Shown: positions 28,118 to 37,590, counted from the stretch's first letter. The stretch: DNA of 63,200 nt from an uncultured Erysipelotrichaceae bacterium (GCA_902786275.1 CADACC010000003.1:1-63200); one strand, 5' to 3'. The notes: a model not told the origin generated them from the sequence alone. Translations and numbers: made by a program.

Positions 28118-28942
28118 ATGGTTATTGTTACTCAAAGAGAGAAACTATTTGATTTACTTAGAAAATATATAAACGATGATTATTCTATTGGGTTTCATGG
28201 TGTTGCTAAATATAGATTAGATGGTAAAACACATACAAGCATTTCATACGTTATTGAAAACGTTATGAAAGATGGTCTTAATATTAATGATCAAAGGACT
28301 TTATTAGGTACAACACAGTTTCTTGATGATAATTATTTTACAGATGAACAAGATTTTGTTACGAGGTATAAGTATGGAGATGTTAAAGAGTATATAGTTG
28401 TTGCTCTTCCTAAATTTATAACTAACAGTAAAGGCGACAAACTATATTTAGGTCATCCCACATATAAGGAAACTAACCAACCTCAAGGTTATCAAATTAC
28501 ATCACTGGCTGATTTATTGTTACCAATTTATTCTTCTGAACAATCAATACTTCCTACAGAGTTTATTTTAGGAAAACTTGATATAGGAAGTGCATGTAGA
28601 TTTAAACCTAATCCTAATCATATGTCTTTAAATGGTACCGGTAATAAGGTATCAGATGAATTTTTTAATAAATGTTTATCTATGTTAAATAAGGCTAATA
28701 ATTTTTATGGGGTAGATGAATCATTTCAAGTAACTGATAAAGAAGATGCATTATTAAATGTTGAAATCATAGAAGAAGAATATGATAGATTACAAAAATT
28801 AACTGGTTCAGAATTGATGGAAAAAGAAGATAAACTTCAAAAATTAGATTATCAAACTAGAATGGTAATCACAGCTTATCCAAACGCAATTAGAAATACA
28901 TTTGATGAATATATAAAAGAAAATAATAATAAAAAAAGATAA
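28118..28942 (+). CDS. Hypothetical protein; its N-terminal half shares a short motif set with the central region of the HD protein at 10203..11864
   Basis: YSIGFHG / NVMKDGL / KEYIVV versus YHSIGF / GILKHGI / EKFVF in ORF 10203; coiled-coil-like acidic C-terminus. Confidence 0.4.
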   Translation: MVIVTQREKLFDLLRKYINDDYSIGFHGVAKYRLDGKTHTSISYVIENVMKDGLNINDQRTLLGTTQFLDDNYFTDEQDFVTRYKYGDVKEYIVVALPKFITNSKGDKLYLGHPTYKETNQPQGYQITSLADLLLPIYSSEQSILPTEFILGKLDIGSACRFKPNPNHMSLNGTGNKVSDEFFNKCLSMLNKANNFYGVDESFQVTDKEDALLNVEIIEEEYDRLQKLTGSELMEKEDKLQKLDYQTRMVITAYPNAIRNTFDEYIKENNNKKR

Positions 28943-28947
28943 ATATT

Positions 28948-28979
28948 AGTACAAGTTAAATAAAACTTGTACTTTTTTA
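28948..28979 (+). terminator. Rho-independent terminator
   Basis: AGTACAAGTT aaataa AACTTGTACT followed by TTTTTT. Confidence 0.8.
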
Positions 28980-28986
28980 TTCATTA

Positions 28987-28995
28987 TGTTATAAT
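28987..28995 (+). promoter_or_regulatory. Extended -10 element (TGTTATAAT) of rplS
   Basis: TGTTATAAT sits 82 nt upstream of the rplS ATG and leaves an ~75-nt leader. Confidence 0.5.
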
Positions 28996-29076
28996 CTTTT
29001 TGACCCAAAAAATGTAATCCGCCTAATGTTATATTAATGATTACAGGTTAATATATTTTATAGAAAGGAAATTGTT

Positions 29077-29418
29077 ATGGCTAATTTAGTTGATAAGATT
29101 AATGAAAAGCACATAAGAAAAGACATTCCTGAATTTCAAGTTGGTGACACAGTTCGTGTTGATGTATGGGTTAAAGAAGGAAAAAAAGAAAGAATTCAAG
29201 CATTTGAAGGCCTAGTAATCGGTAAGAAAAATGGCGGCGTATCTGAAACTTTTTCAGTTCGTAAAAAATCAAGTGGTATTGGAGTTACAAGAATTTTCCC
29301 AGTAAACTCTCCAACAATCGATAAGATCACTGTTATTAAAAAGGGTAGTGTTCGTCGTGCTAAACTTAACTTCATCAAGAAGATGACAAAAGAATATAAA
29401 GTTAAAGAAAGAAATTAA
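29077..29418 (+). CDS. rplS: 50S ribosomal protein L19
   Basis: FQVGDTVRVDVWVKEGKKERIQAFEGLVI...GIGVTRIFPVNSP. Confidence 0.95.
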   Translation: MANLVDKINEKHIRKDIPEFQVGDTVRVDVWVKEGKKERIQAFEGLVIGKKNGGVSETFSVRKKSSGIGVTRIFPVNSPTIDKITVIKKGSVRRAKLNFIKKMTKEYKVKERN

Positions 29419-29440
29419 GGTTTAGTCCTTAATTTTTTCT
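29413..29440 (+). terminator. Weak hairpin + T-run after rplS
   Basis: ATTAAGG tttagt CCTTAAT followed by TTTTTT. Confidence 0.5.
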
Positions 29441-29473
29441 TTAATAAAAATGAAAGTGTGATTAATAGTGGAT

Positions 29474-29962
29474 ATGTTTAAAGGTATATTAAAAAGTTAT
29501 GGACCATATGTTCTTGTTATATTAATTGTTGTACTTATTAGAACATTTTTATTTACTCCTGTTATTGTTCAAGGAACAAGTATGGTACCAACATTAAAAG
29601 ATGGTAATATAATGATTTTAAATAAGGTTGCTAAGATTGATAGATTTGATATAGTTGTTATCAAAAGTAAAAAAACAAGCAGCACACTTATTAAAAGAGT
29701 TATTGGTATGCCAGGTGAGACAATCTCTATAAGTGATGGACATGTTTATATTAATGGTAAAAAAATCAATACTCATCATAATGATGATTTAACTATTGAT
29801 TTTCCTGAAACAATTATAGGTAAGGATGAATACTTTGTTTTAGGTGATAATAGACCTGTATCTGCTGATAGTCGTATTTATGGTACATTTAAGAAAAGTG
29901 AAATAAAGGGAACTACAAGACTTCGTATATTTCCTTTTACAAAAATCAAATTAGTAAAATAG
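29474..29962 (+). CDS. lepB: Signal peptidase I
   Basis: GTSMVPTL (catalytic Ser), IKRVIGMPGE (Lys box), GDNRPVSADSR. Confidence 0.9.
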   Translation: MFKGILKSYGPYVLVILIVVLIRTFLFTPVIVQGTSMVPTLKDGNIMILNKVAKIDRFDIVVIKSKKTSSTLIKRVIGMPGETISISDGHVYINGKKINTHHNDDLTIDFPETIIGKDEYFVLGDNRPVSADSRIYGTFKKSEIKGTTRLRIFPFTKIKLVK

Positions 29963-29989
29963 ATTAATTAATAATTAATCTATTTTTTT
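29961..29989 (+). terminator. AT-rich hairpin + T-run after lepB
   Basis: AGATTAATT ... AATTAATCT followed by ATTTTTTT. Confidence 0.5.
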
Positions 29990-30077
29990 GTTTTTAAAAT
30001 ACTTAATATGTGTTAATATATATTTATGATATAAGAAGGTAAATAACTGGTATTGTTATATGAAAAGGAGTGTTAAT

Positions 30078-31358
30078 ATGAGTTATAAAAAAACTTTAAT
30101 TTTTGTTATTGCTGTATCTATTATATTTATCGGACTTGATGTTACTTACATCATCTTAGATAAAAAGAATTCAAATGGTGGAGATAATCCTCCAATAGTA
30201 AAACCATCTAAAAAGTTACCAAAACTTCCTAAACCAGAAGTAACTGGTGGAGAAAGAGGAAAATTAGGTATTGATAAAAATATTAATGAATCTACTATAG
30301 ATAAATATTTAGGTAGAGAAGATTCTGTATATAGAGATATGAGAATGCTTGAAGATCCAGCAAACTATGAAGCAATAGGTGGAGATTCTTATCTATCTGG
30401 TTATGTTAAAGGATTTGAGGTTGTACCTCTTCCATATATATTTGAAGTAACAGGGCTTCCTGAAGAAGTAGGTTATACATATAGTGGAGATACATTATTC
30501 CTAACAAAAAGTGATGGAACATATGTAGCTAATTATAAAGAATCTATGGATATTATTGAAGAGTTGTTCCCAAGAAATAAATATATATTCTTAATGTGTG
30601 GTGGCGGTGGATATGCCGGCATGATGAAAAATTTCTTAGTATCACTTGGCTACGATAAAGATAGAATATATGTAGTTGGTGGATATTGGTATTATGAAGG
30701 TAAAAATAATGTTGTAGTTAAACACAAAGAAAAAGATAAAATTACTTATGATTTTGAATCTGTTCCATATCATGATTTTAAATTTGAAGAATTAACTCCA
30801 AATAAATATGTTCCTGATGCAGATAAACCAATCAGTTTATCTAAAAAGTATTATAATTCAACTAAAAATGATGGTTATGAATCTAAACCAGCAGAGTATC
30901 AAAAGAAAATAGATGCTTATTATGATGAAATAAGTAAACTTTATGATGATTATGATAAGAATAAAGATAAAATTAATGAAATAGATGTTAAAATTGATAA
31001 TTTATATGAAGAAATAAAAGAATTTAAAGCTAATTATATTAATGGTATTGTGGATGATAAAGAGTCTTTTGTTTTATATACTTATATTCCATCAGAATGT
31101 GGTGATGATGAAGAAACTGTTAGACATAGAGCAGAGGATTTAGCTAAAAAATATAAAATATATTTTTATGATGTTCCATTTGAAGTATTTAAGAAAACTT
31201 CATTATATGGAGATGTTAAATATGGACCAAGTGTTATTGTAGTTAATAAAGGTAAAGTATATGCTTATACTGATGCTGAAAGTGATGAAGATTTAGAACT
31301 TGGTAAATCAAATGAAAAATTTGAAAAATGGTTTAAAAAGTATGTTAATTTAAAATAA
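30078..31358 (+). CDS. Membrane-anchored rhodanese-like domain + coiled-coil + thioredoxin-fold-like domain fusion
   Basis: TM anchor. YIFLMCGGGGYAGMMKNFLVSLGYDKDRIYVVGGYWYYEG matches the rhodanese active-site loop and C-terminal GG.W pattern. The C-terminal FVLYTY...YFYDV...GPSVIVVNKGKVYAY parallels ORF 17416. ATG at 30078 follows AAAGGAG. Confidence 0.45.
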   Translation: MSYKKTLIFVIAVSIIFIGLDVTYIILDKKNSNGGDNPPIVKPSKKLPKLPKPEVTGGERGKLGIDKNINESTIDKYLGREDSVYRDMRMLEDPANYEAIGGDSYLSGYVKGFEVVPLPYIFEVTGLPEEVGYTYSGDTLFLTKSDGTYVANYKESMDIIEELFPRNKYIFLMCGGGGYAGMMKNFLVSLGYDKDRIYVVGGYWYYEGKNNVVVKHKEKDKITYDFESVPYHDFKFEELTPNKYVPDADKPISLSKKYYNSTKNDGYESKPAEYQKKIDAYYDEISKLYDDYDKNKDKINEIDVKIDNLYEEIKEFKANYINGIVDDKESFVLYTYIPSECGDDEETVRHRAEDLAKKYKIYFYDVPFEVFKKTSLYGDVKYGPSVIVVNKGKVYAYTDAESDEDLELGKSNEKFEKWFKKYVNLK

Positions 31359-31389
31359 TTTAAATTAACTATAGGGGTAGTAATGTAGT

Positions 31390-32784
31390 ATGAAGAAAAA
31401 AATCATTATAGGAAGCGCTATATTATTTATTTTAATCGTTATTATAATAATTATTTTAATATTTACTAATAATAAAATAACGGTTGTTTTAAATGGCAAA
31501 GAAACTGAAAAAATAGAAGTTCTTTCTTCTTATAATGATAAAAGTATTCATGTAAAAAAAGGTAAGAAATTACTTTCTAAAAATAAATATAAAGTTAGTA
31601 TTAAAAGTAATGTCGATACTAGTAAAATTGGTAAATACAATGTTATATATAGTATTAAAGTTAATGGTAAAAAGTATGATTTAAATAGAGAAGTTGATGT
31701 TGTTGATACAACATCACCAGAAATAGTTTTAAGTGCAACTGAAGTTGAAAGAGACTATTGTACTAAAAAAGACAAAGTTCCAATTACTTATACAGTAACT
31801 GATAACTTTGATCAAGATATTAATGATAAAGTTGTTATAGAAGAAAAAGATGATAAACTTATATATAAGGTATCTGACTCTAGTGGTAACACTACTGAAA
31901 AAGAAGTAGTTATTAAATATGGAGAGATACCAAGTAATAAGTTTACTTTAAATGGTAAAAGTAAAGTAAGAGTTATAGTTAATAAAGAATATAAGGAACA
32001 AGGTGCATCTTATACTGATGGATGTGGAAATAAAATCGATGCTAAGATAACTATTTCTGGTAACGTTAATACAAATGTAGAAGGAACATATACATTAACA
32101 TATAAAGTAGATGGTATGGATTCTATAAATAGAACTGTTGTTGTAACACATTATGATCCTAAAAATATATATTTAACATTTGATGATGGACCTGGTGCTT
32201 ACACAAGAAAAGTTTTATCAGAACTTGATAGGTATGGTGTTAAAGCTACATTCTTTGTAACTAACCAATTTCCTGGATATCAAAACTTAATAAAAGAAGA
32301 GCACGATAAAGGTCATAAAATAGCAGTTCATACTTATTCTCATAGGTATAAAGAAGTTTATACAAGTGTTGATAATTATATTAATGACTTTAACAAGATG
32401 AATGAAATAATAAATGAAAAAACTGGATCTTATTCTAAATTATTTAGGTTTCCAGGAGGTTCTTCAAATACTGTAAGTCGTAAATTTAAAGAAGGAGTTG
32501 TAACTGAGATTGCAAGTGAAATGACAAATCGAGGTTATATATATGTTGATTGGAATTTATCATCTGGTGATGCAGATGTAAAATCAAATAGTGAAAAAAT
32601 AATTAGTAATGTTGTTGATAGAGTAGATAGTTGTAATTATAACTGTGTTATCTTATTTCATGATTATAAAAAAACTACTGCTAATGCAATAGGACCAATA
32701 CTTGAAGAACTTACATCACGTGGTTATACATTTAGTACACTTGATGAAAATAGTCCAACAGTTCACTTTAAGATAGCCAATTAA
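31390..32784 (+). CDS. Membrane-anchored polysaccharide deacetylase (NodB domain) with Ig-like (DUF5011-type) repeats
   Basis: VDTTSPEIVL Ig-like module; NodB motifs IYLTFDDGPG, HKIAVHTYSH, FRFPGGS. Confidence 0.85.
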   Translation: MKKKIIIGSAILFILIVIIIIILIFTNNKITVVLNGKETEKIEVLSSYNDKSIHVKKGKKLLSKNKYKVSIKSNVDTSKIGKYNVIYSIKVNGKKYDLNREVDVVDTTSPEIVLSATEVERDYCTKKDKVPITYTVTDNFDQDINDKVVIEEKDDKLIYKVSDSSGNTTEKEVVIKYGEIPSNKFTLNGKSKVRVIVNKEYKEQGASYTDGCGNKIDAKITISGNVNTNVEGTYTLTYKVDGMDSINRTVVVTHYDPKNIYLTFDDGPGAYTRKVLSELDRYGVKATFFVTNQFPGYQNLIKEEHDKGHKIAVHTYSHRYKEVYTSVDNYINDFNKMNEIINEKTGSYSKLFRFPGGSSNTVSRKFKEGVVTEIASEMTNRGYIYVDWNLSSGDADVKSNSEKIISNVVDRVDSCNYNCVILFHDYKKTTANAIGPILEELTSRGYTFSTLDENSPTVHFKIAN

Positions 32785-32802
32785 AAATATATATTAAGTG
32801 TT

Positions 32803-32829
32803 AAGCATAGGTGTAACTATGCTTTTTTT
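32803..32829 (+). terminator. Rho-independent terminator
   Basis: AAGCATAG gtgtaa CTATGCTT followed by TTTTT. Confidence 0.8.
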
Positions 32830-32875
32830 AATGTATTCATATATGATATAATATATTTATATTGAAGGTGAGTTT

Positions 32876-34207
32876 ATGAACCATAGTTTTGATGAACTTA
32901 GAAGTACATATAATGAAATAATATATAGAAGTTATAATGCTAGTTTTGATGGTGAAGAAATTAAAATAAGTTTTAATTTTGAAATACCTAATTTAGTTTC
33001 TTTTAATCCATCAATATCTTTTAATAAAAGTATAGTTACTAATAAAAATATTGATGACAAATTGTTAAATGCTATTGTATTTAGAATAGGTTTAGTTGAG
33101 TTGATTAGTTATTATAAAGTATGCTGTCCTAAGAACATTATTCTTGAAGCTGGCTATATAGATGAAGATGAGCAAAAATGGTTTAAAAAACTATTTTATA
33201 ATGGCTTAGGTGAGTTCTTTTATAAAAATAATATAGAAGTTTCTGAAGATGAATTATTTACATTTATTAATAAGGGTGAAAAAATTGTAATTGATAATGT
33301 TACATATAATGGTGAAGGTAACTTGATTCCAATAGGTGGTGGGAAAGACTCTATTGTTACATTTGAACTTCTTAAAGGTTTTGATAATAAAACTGTTACA
33401 ATGAACCCTAAAGATGAACACTATAAATGCTCAAATGGTGTTGATTTAATTGCTATTAAAAGAAACTTTGATAGAGAAAAACTTATGGATTTAAATAGTA
33501 AAGGTTATTTAAATGGTCATATACCTTTTAGTGCAGTCGTTGCATTTGTTACATATTTAGTTGCTTTTTTATCAAATAGAAAATATATAGTACTTTCAAA
33601 TGAAGGTAGTGCAAATGAATCAACAGTTATTGGAACAAATATAAATCATCAGTATTCTAAGTCATATGAATTTGAAAGAGATTTTTATGATTATACAAAA
33701 AAATATTTTAAAATTGATATAAATTACTTTAGTTTACTTAGACCAATTAAAGAAATACAAATAGCTTATTTATTTTCTAAGCTTGATAATTATCATAAGA
33801 TATTTAAAAGCTGTAATTTAGGTTCTAAAGAAAATCCTTGGGTATGGTGCTGTAAGTGCCCTAAATGCTTGTTTGTATATATTATATTAAGAGCATTCTT
33901 ACCACAAGATAAGTTAATAGATATATTTGGAACAAATATGCTTGATGATAAAGAATTAGAAAATTATTTTCTTGAACTTATTGGTGAAGCTGAAACTAAA
34001 CCATTTGAATGTGTCGGAACTATTGATGAAGTTAAGTATGCACTAAATAAAATTATTGAAGATAATGATAATTCATATTTAGTTAATTTATATAAAGCTA
34101 AGTATTATAAAGCAGTTGATATAGATATACATAAGCTTTATTATGAACATAATGTTCCTGATGAATATTTAAATATATTAAAAGAGGCTATAGAAAATGC
34201 AAAGTAA
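32876..34207 (+). CDS. PP-loop (adenine nucleotide alpha-hydrolase-like) protein with CxxC pair; candidate MurL-type UDP-MurNAc-L-Ala-L-Glu epimerase
   Basis: IPIGGGKDSIVT PP-loop; WCCKCPKCLFVY cysteine cluster; 11-nt overlap with the downstream murD-type ligase. Confidence 0.4.
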   Translation: MNHSFDELRSTYNEIIYRSYNASFDGEEIKISFNFEIPNLVSFNPSISFNKSIVTNKNIDDKLLNAIVFRIGLVELISYYKVCCPKNIILEAGYIDEDEQKWFKKLFYNGLGEFFYKNNIEVSEDELFTFINKGEKIVIDNVTYNGEGNLIPIGGGKDSIVTFELLKGFDNKTVTMNPKDEHYKCSNGVDLIAIKRNFDREKLMDLNSKGYLNGHIPFSAVVAFVTYLVAFLSNRKYIVLSNEGSANESTVIGTNINHQYSKSYEFERDFYDYTKKYFKIDINYFSLLRPIKEIQIAYLFSKLDNYHKIFKSCNLGSKENPWVWCCKCPKCLFVYIILRAFLPQDKLIDIFGTNMLDDKELENYFLELIGEAETKPFECVGTIDEVKYALNKIIEDNDNSYLVNLYKAKYYKAVDIDIHKLYYEHNVPDEYLNILKEAIENAK

Positions 34208-35546
34208 AATTATTGAAGAATTACAAAAATATAGTAATATTGCTATTTTAGGTTTTGGTAAAGAAGGAAGATCAACTTATAACTATATAAGAAAGTATGA
34301 TACTTCTTTAAAACTTACTATTCTTGATGCTAAAGATATTACTTTAGAAGATAATAATGTATCTATTAAAAAATATAATAATACCTTAGATGAACTACTT
34401 CCATATGATTTAATCATTAAAACTCCAGGTATTGCTTTTGCATCATTTGATCAAAAAAGAGTAGAAGAAGAACTTAAAAGTAAGATTACATCACAGATGG
34501 AACTACTTTTAAAATTTAATCGTAAGAATGTTATTGGTATTACTGGAACTAAAGGCAAATCAACAACATCAACTCTTCTATATAATGTGTTAAAAGATCA
34601 ACTTGATAATGTCTTTTTAGTTGGTAATATCGGAATTCCTGTATTTGATAAATTAGATGAATTTAATGATGGTATTATAGTTGCTGAAATGAGTTCTCAT
34701 CAACTTGAGTTTATTGATGAATCTCCGCATATTGGTATTATTTTAAATTTATTTGTTGATCACTTAGATCATACTGATTCAGTTGATGCATATCATAATG
34801 CTAAAATAAATATTATTAGATACCAAGATGAAGATGATTATGCTATATACGATAAAGATAATAAGTTTATAAAAGAAAAAGATTTTTCATTATTTAAAGG
34901 TAAAAAACTTACAGTAAGTAATGAAGAAGAAGCAAGTATATATATAGATAAAGAATTAAATATATATGCTCAAGGAGAGTTCTTATTTCATAAACATGAC
35001 ATTATTACACAACTTCAAGGAGATCATAATTTAAAAAATATTATGTTTGTTTTAATGGTTGCTAAACTATATAATTTAGATATGCTTAAAGTACTAGATT
35101 CAATTAGAAACTTTAAACCACTAGAACACAGAATGGAATACTTTGGTACTTATGAAGGTATAGCATTTTATGAAGATGCTATTGCAACAATACCTGAGGC
35201 AACAATTAATGCATGTAATACATTAAAAGATGTTGATACACTTATATTTGGTGGTATGGATAGAAATATAGATTATTATTTACTTATTCAATATTTACAA
35301 TCATCTAGTATTAATCATTTTATATGTATGCCTGAGACTGGATATAAAATTGCAGAATTTTTAGATGAAGATAAAGTTATAAAATGTGAAACTTTAGAAG
35401 AGGCAGTTGATCAAGCATTTAAAGTGACTGCAAAGGGTAAAGTATGTATTTTATCTCCAGCAGCATCTAGTTATAATCAATTTGCTAATTTTGAAGAAAA
35501 AGGTAATAGATTTAAAGAACTAGTTAAAAATCATGTAAGTAATTAA
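34197..35546 (+). CDS. murD: MurD-type Mur ligase (UDP-MurNAc-L-Ala : glutamate ligase)
   Basis: N-terminal Rossmann ILGFGKEGRS; P-loop GITGTKGKSTTSTLL; Mur ligase middle and C-terminal domains (LEHRME, SPAASSYNQFANFEEKGNRF). Confidence 0.8.
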   Translation: MQSKIIEELQKYSNIAILGFGKEGRSTYNYIRKYDTSLKLTILDAKDITLEDNNVSIKKYNNTLDELLPYDLIIKTPGIAFASFDQKRVEEELKSKITSQMELLLKFNRKNVIGITGTKGKSTTSTLLYNVLKDQLDNVFLVGNIGIPVFDKLDEFNDGIIVAEMSSHQLEFIDESPHIGIILNLFVDHLDHTDSVDAYHNAKINIIRYQDEDDYAIYDKDNKFIKEKDFSLFKGKKLTVSNEEEASIYIDKELNIYAQGEFLFHKHDIITQLQGDHNLKNIMFVLMVAKLYNLDMLKVLDSIRNFKPLEHRMEYFGTYEGIAFYEDAIATIPEATINACNTLKDVDTLIFGGMDRNIDYYLLIQYLQSSSINHFICMPETGYKIAEFLDEDKVIKCETLEEAVDQAFKVTAKGKVCILSPAASSYNQFANFEEKGNRFKELVKNHVSN

Positions 35547-35556
35547 TAAAGTAAAG

Positions 35557-35588
35557 AAAATGTATTTATTTATAAATACATTTTTTTA
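35557..35588 (+). terminator. Rho-independent terminator after murD
   Basis: AAAATGTATTTA ttta TAAATACATTTT followed by a T-run. Confidence 0.7.
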
Positions 35589-35591
35589 TTA

Positions 35592-35600
35592 TGTTATAAT
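35592..35600 (+). promoter_or_regulatory. Extended -10 element (TGTTATAAT) of the hydrolase-HAD-HAD-TIR operon
   Basis: TGTTATAAT sits 29 nt upstream of the ATG at 35629; the SD AGGAG lies between them. Confidence 0.5.
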
Positions 35601-35628
35601 TATAAATATGTAGAATAGGAGTATTTAT

Positions 35629-36255
35629 ATGCCATCACTTTTAATACATTTAGCTGTAGGAAAAAAAGTAAATGATAAATTGTGTAAGAAAGAAGAACCA
35701 TTTTTAACTGGATGTATTGCACCAGATTTAGCAAAGATGGTTGGTATAAAAAGAGAGGTATCTCATTTTGAAGATGAAGAAGGTAATTGTCATTTAGATC
35801 AATTTTTAGATAAATATAGAGAATATTTTAATAATGAATACGTTCTTGGTTATTACGTTCATTTATATACAGATTATTTATGGTATAAATATTTTACATC
35901 TGAATTTATGGGCGATGATTATGTTATAAAAAAAGATGGAACTAAGGTTAAATGCATTAGTGAGAATATGGAAAAACTTTATATATATAATGATTATTCT
36001 AATTTGAATATGGATATAATTAATGAGTACGGTTTGGATCTAGAGTTCTTTCATCGAAATGAATACTATTCTAATAACATTATTGAAGAAGTACCTTATG
36101 ATAAAATGAATATTTTAATAGATGAAACAATAAGATATTTAACTAAAAAGAATTATGAGCATAATTTTACTTTTGATTTTAATGATGTAAAACAATTTAT
36201 TGATATAATTGTTGATTATATTATTGCTCATTTAAAAGAAGAAAAGTTAATATAG
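35629..36255 (+). CDS. Putative metal-dependent hydrolase (zinc phospholipase C-like / His-rich fold); family uncertain
   Basis: N-terminal SLLIHLAVG, CIAPDL, SHF and YYVHLYTDYLWY His/Asp-containing motifs. Confidence 0.25.
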   Translation: MPSLLIHLAVGKKVNDKLCKKEEPFLTGCIAPDLAKMVGIKREVSHFEDEEGNCHLDQFLDKYREYFNNEYVLGYYVHLYTDYLWYKYFTSEFMGDDYVIKKDGTKVKCISENMEKLYIYNDYSNLNMDIINEYGLDLEFFHRNEYYSNNIIEEVPYDKMNILIDETIRYLTKKNYEHNFTFDFNDVKQFIDIIVDYIIAHLKEEKLI

Positions 36256-36268
36256 GAACTGATCATAT

Positions 36269-36931
36269 ATGAAATATAAATATGTAATTTTAGATTTTGG
36301 TAAAGTAGTTGCGGGCCCACTTAATGAAATGTGGGACTTTACTCCAAAGTTTGTTGAACTTATAGATACAAGTAAAATTGATAAGATTAAATATAAAAAG
36401 TTAAGAAGTGAGATAGAACATATTTTATATGAAAAAGTATTAACTTTAGATGAAGAGTATAATATGTTTTATAATTTTTACGAATATATTTTAAGTAGAT
36501 TAAATATAGATAATTATTCATCAAAAATGGTAGAAGAAATTGCTTATGATAGAACATATAATAATGATAAATACTATTTATATCCAGAGATATATGATGA
36601 ACTTGAATATTTAAGTTCTAAATATAAGTTATTAATGTTATCAGATAACTGGCCTTGTGGAATTGAATACATGAAAAAACATAATCTTGATAAATATTTT
36701 GATAAGATATATATTTCATCTTTATATGGATTTTTAAAGCAGGATAAGATTTTTTTTGATTATTTAATTAATGATTATGACATTAAACCAGGTGAAGCTT
36801 TATTTATTGATGATATTGAATCTAATTTGGATGTTGGAAAAGAAAAAGGCTTGGACTGCATTTTGATGGATAGATATAATACCGGTATAATTTCAAAATA
36901 TAAAATAATAAATACTTTACTAGATATTTAA
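36269..36931 (+). CDS. HAD-superfamily hydrolase (subfamily IA-like)
   Basis: Motif I variant VILDFGKV; motif III/IV K...FIDDIESNLDVGKEKG. Confidence 0.6.
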   Translation: MKYKYVILDFGKVVAGPLNEMWDFTPKFVELIDTSKIDKIKYKKLRSEIEHILYEKVLTLDEEYNMFYNFYEYILSRLNIDNYSSKMVEEIAYDRTYNNDKYYLYPEIYDELEYLSSKYKLLMLSDNWPCGIEYMKKHNLDKYFDKIYISSLYGFLKQDKIFFDYLINDYDIKPGEALFIDDIESNLDVGKEKGLDCILMDRYNTGIISKYKIINTLLDI

Positions 36932-36949
36932 ATTAAGGAGAATAAAGTA

Positions 36950-37576
36950 ATGATTAAAAATATAATATTTGATATAGGAAATGTTATAGCTTACTATAAT
37001 ATGAAAGAAGCTATTAAGATGTTTACAAAAAATGAAGAAGATGAAAAGTTTTTATATGATAATGTTTATCAGTCACCTGAATGGATTGGATCAGCTTTAA
37101 TAGATTCTGGCTTTTTATCATATGAAGATATAGCAACTATTATTTGCGATCGAACTAATCATGTTAAGGATGAACTTATAACTAATTTTTTAGTTAATCA
37201 TTTGAAAGGTTTTAGAATTAATCAAGACATAGTTGATTTAATGAAAAAACTAAAAACAAATGGATATAAAGTTTATATACTTTCTAACACTAATCAAAGA
37301 GCAATCGATTATTTATCAAGTTTATCTGATTTTATTAGTATTGCAGATGGACATGTATTTTCATTTGAAAATCATAGTTTAAAACCTCATGTTGGTATTT
37401 ATAAAGAATTAATAAATAAATATAACTTAAATCCTGAAGAGTCAATGTTTATTGATGATGTTGAAGAAAATATGAAAACTGCTAATAAACTTGGAATTAA
37501 GGGTAGATTTGTTTTAAAAGATGATTATAATAGTGTTATATCAAGTTTAAAGGAACAAGGCATTAATATAGATTAA
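36950..37576 (+). CDS. HAD-superfamily phosphatase (subfamily IA variant)
   Basis: IIFDIGNV, ILSNTN, KP...IY and FIDDVEENMKTANKLGI motifs. Confidence 0.75.
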   Translation: MIKNIIFDIGNVIAYYNMKEAIKMFTKNEEDEKFLYDNVYQSPEWIGSALIDSGFLSYEDIATIICDRTNHVKDELITNFLVNHLKGFRINQDIVDLMKKLKTNGYKVYILSNTNQRAIDYLSSLSDFISIADGHVFSFENHSLKPHVGIYKELINKYNLNPEESMFIDDVEENMKTANKLGIKGRFVLKDDYNSVISSLKEQGINID

Positions 37577-37590
37577 GGTTGTGATTATTT

